Below are positions 13,881 through 26,814 of a stretch of DNA of 64,000 nucleotides, in pieces. A program made the translations under genes and the position numbers. Position 1 is the stretch's first letter; each line of letters begins with the position of its first letter. Source of the DNA: Eledone cirrhosa (Eukaryota). The notes beneath the pieces were generated by a model, which was not told the DNA's origin, did not search any database, and saw only the letters and a list, made by a program, of their open reading frames with translations. Location of the stretch: positions 41,478,001 to 41,542,000 of the forward strand of contig OZ024748.1 in assembly GCA_964016885.1 (NCBI GenBank), given 5' to 3'.

Positions 13881-13904
13881 TCCACAAAGAGACATAACTG
13901 TGCT

Positions 13905-14918
13905 GCAAAGAAGACCACCATTATTGGAATGGCCAAATACCTTGAAACAACTAACGACTGTATGCTGAAACTTGTTGAAAAGCATGAGAGAAGTAAGAAG
14001 CTTCATTCTATCTTGAAGGAGAGCAAAAAATATGCTACTGATCTCATGCTTGATACCCAGGCTGGACAGACTAAAGAAACTGTTGCAACTGATGCTGCTA
14101 GGCACATAAAATCACTGGCAAAAGCAAAAGGGCAAGGAAAATTAGCATCAAATTGGGAGCAGAAACCTCTGCATGGCAAATATGTGGCCCGTAGCAAATA
14201 AGCTGATGTTGACCAAAAACACACCCATCAGTGGCGACGTAGTTCAGGACTAAAGGCGGAGAGTGAAGGCTTCATCTTAGCTGCCCAAGATCAAAGCTTA
14301 TTGATTCGTAATTACCAGGCCAATGTGATGAGAAACGGAATAAACCCAAAGTGCCGATTCTGCAAGGCTGAGGTTGAAACAGTGGATCACTTAGTCTCCG
14401 GATGTAAAGTTTTAGCACCAGTAGAATACAAATATAAATATGACACAGTTGGCCAATATCTACACTGGGTAACATGTCGGCATTACAAAATCAAAGCTGA
14501 AGACAAGTGGTACAATCATCACCCTGAGGCTGTAACTGGAGGATAAAAAGTAACAATTCTCTGGGACTTTCCTGTACACACTGACAGGACCATAAAAGCA
14601 AATAGACCTGACATCATTATAAACGATCAACATAACAAGGTCTGTTTGTTGATAGATATGAGCATCCCATGTGATCACAATATCACGGCAAAAGAATTTG
14701 ACAAGCTACGAAAATATAAAGATCTGCTTATTGAAATTGAGAAAATGTGGCACCTCAAGGCCGTTACAATACCAGTGATTGTGGGAGGACTGGGAATGAT
14801 CAAGAAAGGAACAGAACAATATTTGCGAATGATTCCTGGTTTACCCTCTTTGCACGAGGTGCAAAAAATCGTTTTGACTGGTACTGCATACGTATTGAGA
14901 AGAGCACTATCTCTGTAA
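13905..14918 (+). mobile_element. Dong/R4-like LINE fragment (RLE), with stops
   Basis: KPLHGKY, AAQDQ, CRFC..ETVDHLVSGC, ILWDF, RPDII, KYKDL. Confidence 0.9.
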
Positions 14919-14929
14919 GATTGATATCC

Positions 14930-15315
14930 CTCCTTGTATTTACATATGCATATGCAAGTGCCCTCTCTCAGTTTTCCACTCCTCAGTCTACAGTCGCATC
15001 CTCAGAGTGGGCCCGTTCACTCGGACCAGACTCGTCACTTTCACCCACCTTTCAACAAACTTACTAGAAGACAGCACTTGTCTCTCCACCCTGATTTTCC
15101 TCTTCAAGTGAAATTTGAAAACGTTAATCAGAGATTCGCCAAAGAGGAAAGTGTCCATCTTCAATCCTTTCAACCTTGTCCACCATACAATCTCTTTCGC
15201 CATGGACACCAAGGAGATGAAAACTGTCTGCCCTTCCTCCTTCTTAAAGGAGGACGGCGGGGCTATCTGCACAATGGACTCAGTCGATAAGCGGATTCGT
15301 CCTACATGTGACATA
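14930..15315 (-). mobile_element. Tx1/L1-like LINE 3' fragment
   Basis: ORF 14988-15314 is homologous to 8088-8504 (AKEIVWWTRLKGL, FHLKRKIRVER). Confidence 0.85.
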
Positions 15316-15434
15316 TCCCAGATTGTAACGTACAGGAGAGAATGTAGTGAGGCACCTTTGTCAGCTAGTTGACTGTTCCTAACTGAAATATCCCAGATTG
15401 TTTAATATCTAAGTGTCTGAAATTTACAAAAATG

Positions 15435-18400
15435 TGATGGTGGTGATGGTGTGGTGAATGTAGTAGTGGTAGCAGTGAGCAGTGAGGGTAGTGGTTGTAG
15501 TGGTGGCGATGTGGCTATGGTAGTAGTGATAGTGGTGGTTGTTGTGGTGGTGGCTGTGGTAGTAGTGATAGTGGTGGTTGTAGTGGTGGTGGTGGCTGTG
15601 GTAGTAGTGATAGTGGTGGTGGTGACTGTGGTGGTTGTAGTGGTGGTGGTGGCTGTGGTAGTAGTGATAGTGGTGGTTGTAATGGTGGTGGCTGTGGTAG
15701 TAGTGATAGTGGTGGTTGTTGTGGTGGTGGCTGTGGTAGTAGTGATAGTGGTGGTGGTGGTGGTGGTGGTGGTGGCTGTGGTAGTAGTGATAGTGATGGT
15801 TGTAGTGGTGGTGGTGACTGTGGTAGTAGTGATAGTGGTGGTTGTAGTGGTGGCGATGTGGCTATGGTAGTAGTGATAGTGGTGGTTGTTGTGGTGGTGG
15901 CTGTGGTAGTAGTGATAGTGGTGGTTGTAGTGGTGGTGGTGGCTGTGGTAGTAGTGATAGTGATGGTTGTAGTGGTGGTGGTGACTGTGGTGGTTGTAGT
16001 GGTGGTGGTGGCTGTGGTAGTAGTGATAGTGGTGGTTGTTGTGGTGGTGGCTGTGGTAGTAGTGATAGTGGTGGTGGTGGTGGTGGTGGCTGTGGTAGTA
16101 GTGATAGTGATGGTTGTAGTGGTGGTGGTGACTGTGGTAGTAGTGATAGTGGTGGTTGTAGTGGTGGCGATGTGGCTATGGTAGTAGTGATAGTGGTGGT
16201 TGTTGTGGTGGTGGCTGTGGTAGTAGTGATAGTGGTGGTTGTAGTGGTGGTGGTGGCTGTGGTAGTAGTGATAGTGATGGTTGTAGTGGTGGTGGTGACT
16301 GTGGTGGTTGTAGTGGTGGTGGTGGCTGTGGTAGTAGTGATAGTGGTGGTTGTAATGGTGGTGGCTGTGGTAGTAGTGATAGTGGTGGTGGTGGTGGTGG
16401 TGGTGGTGGCTGTGGTAGTAGTGATAGTGATGGTTGTAGTGGTGGTGGTGACTGTGGTAGTAGTGATAGTGGTGGTTGTAGTGGTGGCGATGTGGCTATG
16501 GTAGTAGTGATAGTGGTGGTTGTTGTGGTGGTGGCTGTGGTAGTAGTCATAGTGGTGGTTGTAGTGGTGGTGGTGGCTGTGGTAGTAGTGATAGTGATGG
16601 TTGTAGTGGTGGTGGTGACTGTGGTGGTTGTAGTGGTGGTGGTGGCTGTGGTAGTAGTGATAGTGGTGGTTGTAGTGGTGGCGATGTGGCTATGGTAGTA
16701 GTGATAGTGGTGGTTGTTGTGGTGGTGGCTGTGGTAGTAGTGATAGTGGTGGTTGTTGTGGTGGTGGCTGTGGTAGTTGTGATAGTGATGGTTGTAGTGG
16801 TGGTGGTGACTGTGGTGGTTGTAGTGGTGGTGGTGGCTGTGGTAGTAGTGATAGTGGTGGTTGTAGTGGTGGTGGCTGTGGTAGTAGTGATAGTGGTGGT
16901 TGTAGTGGTGGTGGTGGCTGTGGTAGTAGTGATAGTGGTGGTTGTAGTGGTGGTGGTGGCTGTGGTAGTAGTGATAGTGGTGGTTGTAGTGGTGGAGGTG
17001 GCTGTGGTAGTAGTAATAGTGGTGGTTGTTGTGGTGGTGGTGACTGTGGTGGTTGTAGTGGTGGTGGTGGCTGTGGTAGTAGTGATAGTGGTGGTTGTTG
17101 TGGTGGTGGCTGTGGTAGTAGTGATAGTGGTGGTTGTAGTGGTGGTGGTGGCTGTGGTAGTAGTGATAGTGGTGGTTGTAGTGGTGGTGGTGGCTGTGGT
17201 AGTAGTGATAGTGGTGGTTGTAGTGGTGGTGACTGTGGTGGTTGTAGTGGTGGAGGTGGCTGTGGTAGTAGTAATAGTGGTGGTTGTTGTGGTGGTGGTG
17301 ACTGTGGTGGTTGTAGTGGTGGTGGTGGCTGTGGTAGTAGTGATAGTGGTGGTTGTTGTGGTGGTGGCTGTGGTAGTAGTGATAGTGGTGGTTGTAGTGG
17401 TGGTGGTGGCTGTGGTAGTAGTGATAGTGGTGGTTGTAGTGGTGGTGGCTGTGGTAGTAGTGATAGTGGTGGTTGTAGTGGTGGTGGTGGTGGCTGTGGT
17501 AGTAGTGATAGTGGTGGTTGTAGTGGTGGTGGTGACTGTGGTGGTTGTAGTGGTGGAGGTGGCTGTGGTAGTAGTAATAGTGGTGGTTGTTGTGGTGGTG
17601 GTGACTGTGGTGGTTGTAGTGGTGGTGGTGGCTGTGGTAGTAGTGATAGTGGTGGTTGTTGTGGTGGTGGCTGTGGTAGTAGTGATAGTGGTGGTTGTAG
17701 TGGTGGTGATGGCTGTGGTAGTAGTAATAGTGGTGGTTGTAGTGGTGGTGGTGGTGGCTGTGGTAGTAGTGATAGTGGTGGTTGTAGTGCTGGTCGTTGT
17801 GGCTATGGTAGTGGTGGGCGTGGTGGTCATGGTGGCTGTGGTAGAGGTGATAGTTGTGGTTGTAATGGTGGTCAAGGTGGTGGTAGTAGTGGTGGTGGTA
17901 GTAGTGATAGTGGTGGCTGTAGTGGTGGTGGTGGTGGTAGTAGTGATAGTGTGGTGGTTGTAGTGGTGGTGGTGGTGGCTGTGTTAGTAGTGATAGTGGT
18001 GGTAGTAGTGATAGTGGTGGCTGTAGTGGTGGTGGTGGTGGTGGTGGTTATAGTGATAGTGTGGTGGTTGTAGTGGTGGTGGTGGTGGCTGTGTTAGTAG
18101 TGATAGTGGTGGTTGTGGTGGCTGTGGTAGGTGTGATAGTGGTGGTTGTGGTTGTGCTTGTAGTAGTGGTGGTGGCTGTGGTAGTAGTTATAGTGGTGGT
18201 TGTAGTGGTGCTTGTAGTGGTAGTGGTAGTAGTGATAGTGGTGGTTGTAGTGGTGGTGGTGGTGGCTGTGGTAGTAGTGATATTGGTGTGGCTGTGGTAG
18301 TAGTGATAGTGGTGGCTGTGGTAGTAGTGATAGTGGTGGTGGTGGTGGTGGCTGTGGTAGTGGTGATAGTGGTGGTGGTGGTTGTGGTGGTGGTGGCTGT

Positions 18401-21400
18401 GGTAGTGGTGATAGTGGTGGTGGTGGTTGTGGTGGTGGTGGCTGTGGTAGTAGTGATAGTGGTGGTGGTGGTGGTGGTGGTGGCTGTGGTAGTAGTGATA
18501 GTGGTGGTGGTGGTGGTGGTGGTGGTGGCTGTGGTAGTAGTGATAGTGGTGGTGGTGGTGGTGGTGGTGGCTGTGGTAGTAGTGATAGTGGTGGTGGTGG
18601 CTGTGGTAGTAGTGATAGTGGTGGTGGTGGTGGTGGCTGTGGTAGTGGTGATAGTGGTGGTGGTGGTTGTGGTGGTGGTGGCTGTGGTAGTAGTGATAGT
18701 GGTGGTGGTGGTGGTGGTGGTGGCTGTGGTAGTAGTGATAGTGGTGGTGGTGGTGGTGGTGGTGGTGGTGGCTGTGGTAGTAGTGATAGTGGTGGTGGTG
18801 GTGGTGGCTGTGGTAGTAGTGATAGTGGTGGTGGTGGTGGTGGCTGTGGTAGTGGTGATAGTGGTGGTGGTGGTTGTGGTGGTGGTGGCTGTGGTAGTGG
18901 TGATAGTGGTGGTGGTGGTTGTGGTGGTGGTGGCTGTGGTAGTAGTGATAGTGGTGGTGGTGGCTGTGGTAGTAGTGATAGTGGTGGTGGTGGTGGTGGC
19001 TGTGGTAGTGGTGATAGTGGTGGTGGTGGTTGTGGTGGTGGTGGCTGTGGTAGTGGTGATAGTGGTGGTTGTGGTGGTGGTGGCTGTGGTAGTGGTGATA
19101 GTGGTGGTGGTGGTGGTGGTGGTGGTGGTGGTGGCTGTGGTAGTGGTGATAGTGGTGGTGGTGGTGGTGGTGGCTGTGGTAGTAGTGATAGTGGTGGTGG
19201 TGGCTGTGGTAGTAGTGATAGTGGTGGTGGTGGTGGTGGCTGTGGTAGTGGTGATAGTGGTGGTGGTGGTTGTGGTGGTGGTGGCTGTGGTAGTGGTGAT
19301 AGTGGTGGTTGTGGTTGTGGTGGTGGTGGCTGTGGTAGTAGTGATAGTGGTGGTGGTGGTGGTGGTGGCTGTGGTAGTAGTGATAGTGGTGGTGGTGGTT
19401 GTGGTGGTGGTGGCTGTGGTAGTAGTGATAGTGGTGGTGGTGGTGGTGGTGGCTGTGGTAGTAGTGATAGTGGTGGTGGTGGTGGTGGTGGCTGTGGTAG
19501 TAGTGATAGTGGTGGTGGTGGTGGTGGTGGCTGTGGTAGTAGTGATAGTGGTGGTGGTGGTTGTGGTGGTGGTGGCTGTGGTAGTGGTGATAGTGGTGGT
19601 TGTGGTTGTGGTGGTGGTGGCTGTGGTAGTAGTGATAGTGGTGGTGGTGGTGGTGGTGGCTGTGGTAGTAGTGATAGTGGTGGTGGTGGTTGTGGTGGTG
19701 GTGCCTGTGGTAGTAGTGATAGTGGTGGTGGTGGTGGTGGTGGCTGTGGTAGTAGTGATAGTGGTGGTGGTGGTGGTGGTGGTGGTGGTGGCTGTGGTAG
19801 TAGTGATAGTGGTGGTGGTGGTTGTGGTGGTGGTGGCTGTGGTAGTGGTGATAGTGGTGGTTGTGGTTGTGGTGGTGGTGGCTGTGGTAGTAGTGATAGT
19901 GGTGGTGGTGGTGGTGGTGGCTGTGGTAGTAGTGATAGTGGTGGTGGTGGTTGTGGTGGTGGTGGCTGTGGTAGTAGTGATAGTGGTGGTGGTGGTGGTG
20001 GTGGCTGTGGTAGTAGTGATAGTGGTGGTGGTGGTGGTGGTGGTGGTGGTGGCTGTGGTAGTAGTGATAGTGGTGGTGGTGGTGGTGGTGGCTGTGGTAG
20101 TAGTGATAGTGGTGGTGGTGGTGGTGGTGGTGGCTGTGGTAGTAGTGATAGTGGTGGTGGTGGTGGTGGTGGTGGTGGTGGCTGTGGTAGTAGTGATAGT
20201 GGTGGTGGTGGTGGTGGTGGCTGTGGTAGTAGTGATAGTGGTGGTGGTGGTTGTGGTGGTGGTGGCTGTGGTAGTAGTGATAGTGGTGGTGATGGTGGTG
20301 GTGGTGGTGGTGGCTGTGGTAGTAGTGATAGTGGTAGTGATGGTGGTGGTGGTGGTGGCTGTGGTAGTAGTGATAGTGGTGGTGATGGTGGTGGTGGTGG
20401 TGGCTGTGGTAGTAGTGATAGTGGTGGTGGTGGTGGTGGTGGCTGTGGTAGTAGTGATAGTGGTGGTGGTGGTTGTGGTGGTGGTGGCTGTGGTAGTAGT
20501 GATAGTGGTGGTGGTGGTGGTGGTGGTGGTGGTGGCTGTGGTAGTAGTGATAGTGGTGGTGATGGTGGTGGTGGTGGTGGCTGTGGTAGTAGTGATAGTG
20601 GTGGTGGTGGTGGTGGCTGGGTATTAGTGATAGTGGTGGTGGTGGTGGTGGCTGTGGTAGTAGTGATAGTGGTGGTGGTGGTGGTGGCTGTGGTAGTAGT
20701 GATAGTGGTGGTGGTGGCTGTGGTAGTAGTGATAGTGGTGGTGGTGGTGGTGGCTGTGGTAGTGGTGATAGTGGTGGTGGTGGTTGTGGTGGTGGTGGCT
20801 GTGGTAGTAGTGATAGTGGTGGTGGTGGTGGTGGTGGTGGTGGCTGTGGTAGTAGTGATAGTGTTGGTGGTGGTGGTGGCTGTGGTAGTAGTGATAGTGT
20901 TGGTGGTGGTGGTGGCTGTGGTAGTAGTGATAGTGGTGTTGGTGGTGGTGGTGGCTGTGGTAGTAGTGATAGTGGTGGTGGTGGTGGTGGTGGTGGTGGC
21001 TGTGGTAGTAGTGATAGTGTTGGTGGTGGTGGTGGCTGTGGTAGTAGTGATAGTGGTGGTGGTGGCTGTGGTAGTAGTGATAGTGGTGGTGGTGGTGGTG
21101 GCTGTGGTAGTAGTGATAGTGGTGGTGGTGGCTGTGGTAGTAGTGATAGTGGTGGTGGTGGTGGTGGCTGTGGTAGTAGTGATAGTGGTGGTGGTGGTGG
21201 TGGCTGTGGTAGTAGTGATAGTGGTGGTGGTGGTGATGGTGGTGGTGGCTGTGGTAGTAGTGATAGTGGTGGTGGTGGTGGTGGTGGTGGTGGCTGTGGT
21301 AGTAGTGATAGTGGTGGTGGTGGTGGTGGTGGTGGCATGGTGGTGGTGGTATGGTGGTGGTGGTGGTGGTGGCTGTGGTAGTAGTGATAGTGGTGGTGGT

Positions 21401-21470
21401 GGCTGTGGTAGTAGTGATAGTGGTGGTGGTGGCTGTGGTAGTAGTGATAGTGGTGGTGGTGGTGGTGGTG
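15435..21470 (+). repeat. 6-kb G-rich minisatellite GGCTGTGGTAGTAGTGATAGT(GGT)n
   Basis: Constant 21-bp core with variable (GGT)n/GGTTGT spacer, well over 100 units. Confidence 0.97.
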
Positions 21471-21593
21471 TTAGGTCAACTAATTAGGAATTATTACTGA
21501 AGTAATTCTATTGAAAGTCAAGTGGGAGAAGATTTTAAAAAATATGTACACACAAACTCTCGTGGCACACACACACGTACACAAACGGTCCCG

Positions 21594-21630
<37 letters not shown>

Positions 21631-21634
21631 CACA

Positions 21635-21695
<61 letters not shown>

Positions 21696-21700
21696 TAATA

Positions 21701-21818
<118 letters not shown>

Positions 21819-21840
21819 CATACATATATATATATATGTA

Positions 21841-21946
<106 letters not shown>

Positions 21947-22081
21947 TACATATATATATATATATATAAAGGGAAATCTGGTGGTTGTAGTTTCTGTTCT
22001 TTTCTTCTAAATAACCATATATATGTGTGTGGGTATATATAATCACACACATATATATGTATTTGTATATATATATATATT

Positions 22082-22171
<90 letters not shown>

Positions 22172-22175
22172 CACG

Positions 22176-22209
<34 letters not shown>

Positions 22210-22256
22210 AGTATGAGTGTCTGTGTACCAGGATATATATATATATATATATATAG

Positions 22257-22436
22257 GAAAAAGTAAGACCCCGACGGCAGAGCTCAAGCCGTTTCGCCGG
22301 TTATTTCTGAATAGCCGTCGAAACGGCTCGAGCTCTGCCGTCGGGGTCTTACTTTTTCCTATTTCCCACTGTACTACCCTAAGTATTGAGTACTCTGGTG
22401 CGTTATGGTCCATCTGGTTCCTTACCACAATTCCTT

Positions 22437-22440
<4 letters not shown>
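22257..22440 (+). mobile_element. Family F fold-back fragment carrying HHR 3' halves
   Basis: Palindrome 22257-22360 centred near 22308; GAAACGGC..GCCGTC-GGGGT; homologous to 42075, 43450, 51610, 58968 and 60652. Confidence 0.85.
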
Positions 22441-22477
<37 letters not shown>

Positions 22478-22480
<3 letters not shown>

Positions 22481-22550
22481 GTTTCTACTTTAGGCACAAG
22501 GCCACCAAATACCCAGTGTATTACTGGTACTTTATTTTATTGACCCCGTA
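22478..22550 (-). mobile_element. tRNA-SINE 3' fragment
   Basis: Matches the SINE 3' end at 35688. Confidence 0.75.
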
Positions 22551-22693
22551 ATATAAGATCAATAATAAAATACTTGGAACTCTTTTAACCATCTTTTGAT
22601 CTTATATTATTTATACTCCAGTCCTATAAACTGTTGAGTGCTACTTATCCGATATTTGCATTGCTTTATTGTGCTACAATAAAACTCACCTCC

Positions 22694-22697
<4 letters not shown>
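22551..22697 (+). mobile_element. Family G tail fragment with short inversion
   Basis: Homologous to 52675-52810; TAATATAAGATCAA inverted at the 5' end. Confidence 0.75.
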
Positions 22698-22770
<73 letters not shown>

Positions 22771-22982
22771 GCGCACACATACACACACATTATATATATA
22801 TATATATATTCCATTTTGGAATATTTCTTAAGAGAAAAGAGGAATTTCTTCTTCAATGAAAAACAAGAGAAAGAGGCTGTCATGAAATCTGCCAAATTCT
22901 TCAATTTTACACATTTTTATAGTTTTTAAATTTTGTCAAACTGATGTGAATAGTTTTCTGTTATGGAAATAGTTATTTATTT

Positions 22983-23044
22983 GTGTGTGTATGTGTCTGT
23001 GTGTATGTGTATATGTGTGCGTGTGTAAGTGTGTGTGTGTGTGT

Positions 23045-23122
<78 letters not shown>

Positions 23123-23575
23123 CTGCTATTGTTGAATCAGTTATTTTTCTATGTATGTGTGTGTGTGAGTGTGTGTGTGTATGTGTGTGTGTAAACGTGT
23201 GTGTGTATGTGTGTATGTGTGTGTGTGTGTGAGTGTGTGTGGCTGCTATTGTTGAATCAGTTATTTTTGTATGTATGTGTGTGTGTGAGTGTGTATGTGT
23301 ATATGTGTGTATGTATGTGTGTGTGTATATGTATGTGTGTATATGTGTCTGGGTGGGTATGTGTGTGTGTGTGTATGTGTGTGTGTGTATGTGTGTGTGT
23401 GTATGTGTGTGTGTGTATGTGTGTGTGTGGCTGCTATTGTTGAATCAGTTATTTTTGAATGTATGTATGTGTGTGTGTGTGTGTGTATGTGTGTGTGTGT
23501 ATGTGTATGCATGTGTATGTGAGTGGACTGTTATTTGTGCGTGTGTGCGTGTGTGTGTGTGTGTTTGTGAGTGTG
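22983..23575 (+). repeat. (TG)n tract with three embedded GGCTGCTATTGTTGAATCAGTTATTTTT units
   Basis: Units near 23120, 23240 and 23429. Confidence 0.9.
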
Positions 23576-23670
23576 TGAACTGCTCAGCCGATATGACGGT
23601 GATGATTGTTATTAATATAGTTATAGTTATTAAGTTGACTATTTTATTACTTTGGACTGACATTACTTCT

Positions 23671-23836
23671 GGAGAGAGAGAGAGGGGGGGGAGATGGGCG
23701 GGAGACTGAGAGAGAGAGGGGGGACTGAGAGAGAGAGAGGGGGAGACTGAGAGAGAGAGAGAGAGAGAGGGGGAGACTGAGAGAGAGGGGTCTGAGAGAG
23801 AGAGGGGCTGAGAGAGAGAGAGGGGGGTGAGAGAGA

Positions 23837-23873
<37 letters not shown>

Positions 23874-24095
23874 GCGGGAGACTGAGAGAGAGAGGAGGGA
23901 CTGAGAGAGAGAGAGAGAGGGGGAGACTGAGAGAGAGGGGCTGAGAGAGAGAGGGGGAGACTGAGAGAGAGGGGCTGAGAGAGAGAGGGGGGCTGAATGA
24001 GAGAGAGGGGGGTGAGAGAGAGAGAGTGAGAGACTGAGAGAGAGAGAGAGAGAAAGACTGAGAGAGAGGGCGGCTGAGAGAGATAGAGAGGAGCG

Positions 24096-24139
<44 letters not shown>

Positions 24140-24315
24140 AGAGAGAGAGAGAGAGAGTGAGAGAGAGATAGAGAGAGAGAGATGGGCGGGAGACTGAGAG
24201 AGAGAGGAGGGACTAAGAGAGAGAGAGAGAGAGGGGGAGACTGAGAGAGAGGGGGCTGAGAGAGTGAGGGGGGCTGAATGAGAGAGAGGGGGGTGAGAGA
24301 GAGAGAGAGTGAGAG

Positions 24316-24369
<54 letters not shown>

Positions 24370-24480
24370 AGAGAGAGGGCGGCTGAGAGAGATAGAGAGG
24401 GGGGGCTGAGAGAGATAGAGAGGGGTCTGAGAGAGAGAGAGAGAGAGAGAGAGTGAGAGACTGAGAGAGAGAGTAAGAGA
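23671..24480 (+). repeat. (GA)n compound purine tract
   Basis: Direct inspection. Confidence 0.95.
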
Positions 24481-24844
24481 TTCAATATCTTCAAAATGAC
24501 TTCATTCCATCACTTCCAAACCGAGTATTCGACAAAGACAATTAATGAAGAAACTGTTGAAACACTCTTATATTTCGCTGCTATGTGACCCAGGTTTCAC
24601 GTGCATACAACAATGAAGACAATACACGTGTTTTGTACACCTTTAATTTGGTATCAATGGAAATCCTGTTCGACACCTGAGACGCCCATCTAATATACTA
24701 AAAGAATCGCTTTCATTTAACGAGGTTTCACCATCAACGGTGTTTCTCATGTTAAATGTGTTGCTTAAAAACTCAAATTTATCAACATTTATGTGAAGCC
24801 ATACACATAAATGTTAGGCTCAGTGAAATCCTGGCCCGGAGCAG

Positions 24845-26740
24845 GTTGATATATGACATCTGTTGATATATGACATCTGTTGATATGTGACATCTGTTGA
24901 TATGTGACATCTGTTGATATATGACATCTGTTGATACATGACATCTGTTGATATATGACATCTGTTGATATGTGACATCTGTTGATATATGACATCTGTT
25001 GATATATGACATCTGTTGATATGTGACATCTGATGATATGTGACATCTGATGATATGTGACATCTGATGATATGTGACATCTGATATGTGACATCTGTTG
25101 ATATATGACATCTGTTGATATATAACATCTGATGATATGTGACATCTGTTGATATATGACATCTGTTGATATATGACATCTGATGATATGTGACATCTGA
25201 TGATATGTGACATCTGATATGTGACATCTGATATGTGACATCTGTTGATACATGACATCTGTTGATATATGACATCTGATGATATGTGACATCTGATGAT
25301 ATGTGACATCTGATGATATGTGACATCTGATATGTGACATCTGTTGATATATGACATCTGTTGATATATAACATCTGATGATATGTGACATCTGTTGATA
25401 TGACATCTGTTGATATATGACATCTGATGATATGTGACATCTGATGATATGTGACATCTGATGATATGTGACATCTGATATGTGACATCTGTTGATACAT
25501 GACATCTGTTGATATATGACATCTGTTGATATATGACATCTGTTGATATATGACATCTGTTGATATATGACATCTGTTGATATATGACATCTGATGATAT
25601 GTGACATCTGATGATATGGGACATCTGATGATATGTGACATCTGATGATATGTGACATCTGATATGTGACATCTGTTGATACATGACATCTGTTGATATA
25701 TGACATCTGTTGATATATGACATCTGTTGATATGTGACATCTGTTGATATATGACATTTGATGATATGTGACATCTGATATGTGACATCTGTTGATATAT
25801 GACATCTGTTGATACATGACATATGTTGATATATGACATCTGATATGTGACATCTGATGATATGTGACATCTGTTGATACATGACATTTGTTGATATATA
25901 GCATCTGATGATATGTGACATCTGTTGATATATGACATCTGTTGATATATGACATCTGTTGATATATGACATCTGTTGATACATGACATCTGTTGATATA
26001 TGACATCTGATGATATGTGACATCTGTTGATATATGACATCTGTTGATATATGACATCTGTTGATATATGACATCTGTTGATATAGGGCATGTGTTGATA
26101 TATGACATCTGTTGATATATGACATCTGTTGATATATGACATCTGTTGATATATGACATCTGTTGATATATGACATCTGTTGATATATGACCTCTGTTGA
26201 TACATGACATCTGTTGATACATGACATCTGTTGATACATGACATCTGTTGATATGTGACATCTGTTGATATATGTCATCTGTTGATATATGACATCTGTT
26301 GATATATGACATCTGTTGATATAGGGAATGTGTTGATATATGACATCTGTTGATATATGACATCTGTTGATATATGACATCTGTTGATATATGACCTCTG
26401 TTGATACATGACATCTGTTGATACATGACATCTGTTGATACATGACATCTGTTGATACATGACATCTGTTGATATGTGACATCTGTTGATATATGTCATC
26501 TGTTGATATATGACATCTATTGATATATGACATCTGTTGATACATGACATCTGTTGATACATGACATCTGTTGATATATGACATATGATGATATATGACA
26601 TATGTTGATACATGACATCTGTTGATATATGACATCTGTTGATACATGATATCTGTTGATACATGACATCTGTTGATACATGACATCTGTGGATATATGA
26701 CATCTGTTGATATATTACATCTGTTGATATATGACATCTG
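24845..26740 (+). repeat. 17-bp minisatellite GACATCTGTTGATATAT, ~110 units
   Basis: Unit variants (ATAC/ATGT, TGATGA, 14-bp deletion form); 17-aa periodicity in the minus-strand translations. Confidence 0.97.
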
Positions 26741-26814
26741 TCAGGACCAATGTACTGTATGATTCCGAAAAAGAATCCATCTGGTGTCACTCACGGGGGG
26801 GGGGGCAACAACAT

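Noticed and set aside
16547-21487. Long poly-V, poly-T and poly-H/P ORFs up to 1096 aa
   Set aside because: Stop-free frames of a trinucleotide-based minisatellite; no unique domain or splice evidence.
22983-23575. CRISPR-like constant repeats with variable spacers
   Set aside because: Spacers are (TG)n, the context is eukaryotic and there are no cas genes.
24782-26790. 651/558/474-aa repeat proteins
   Set aside because: All three frames give the same 17-aa permutation of a 17-bp DNA unit, with frameshifting unit variants.
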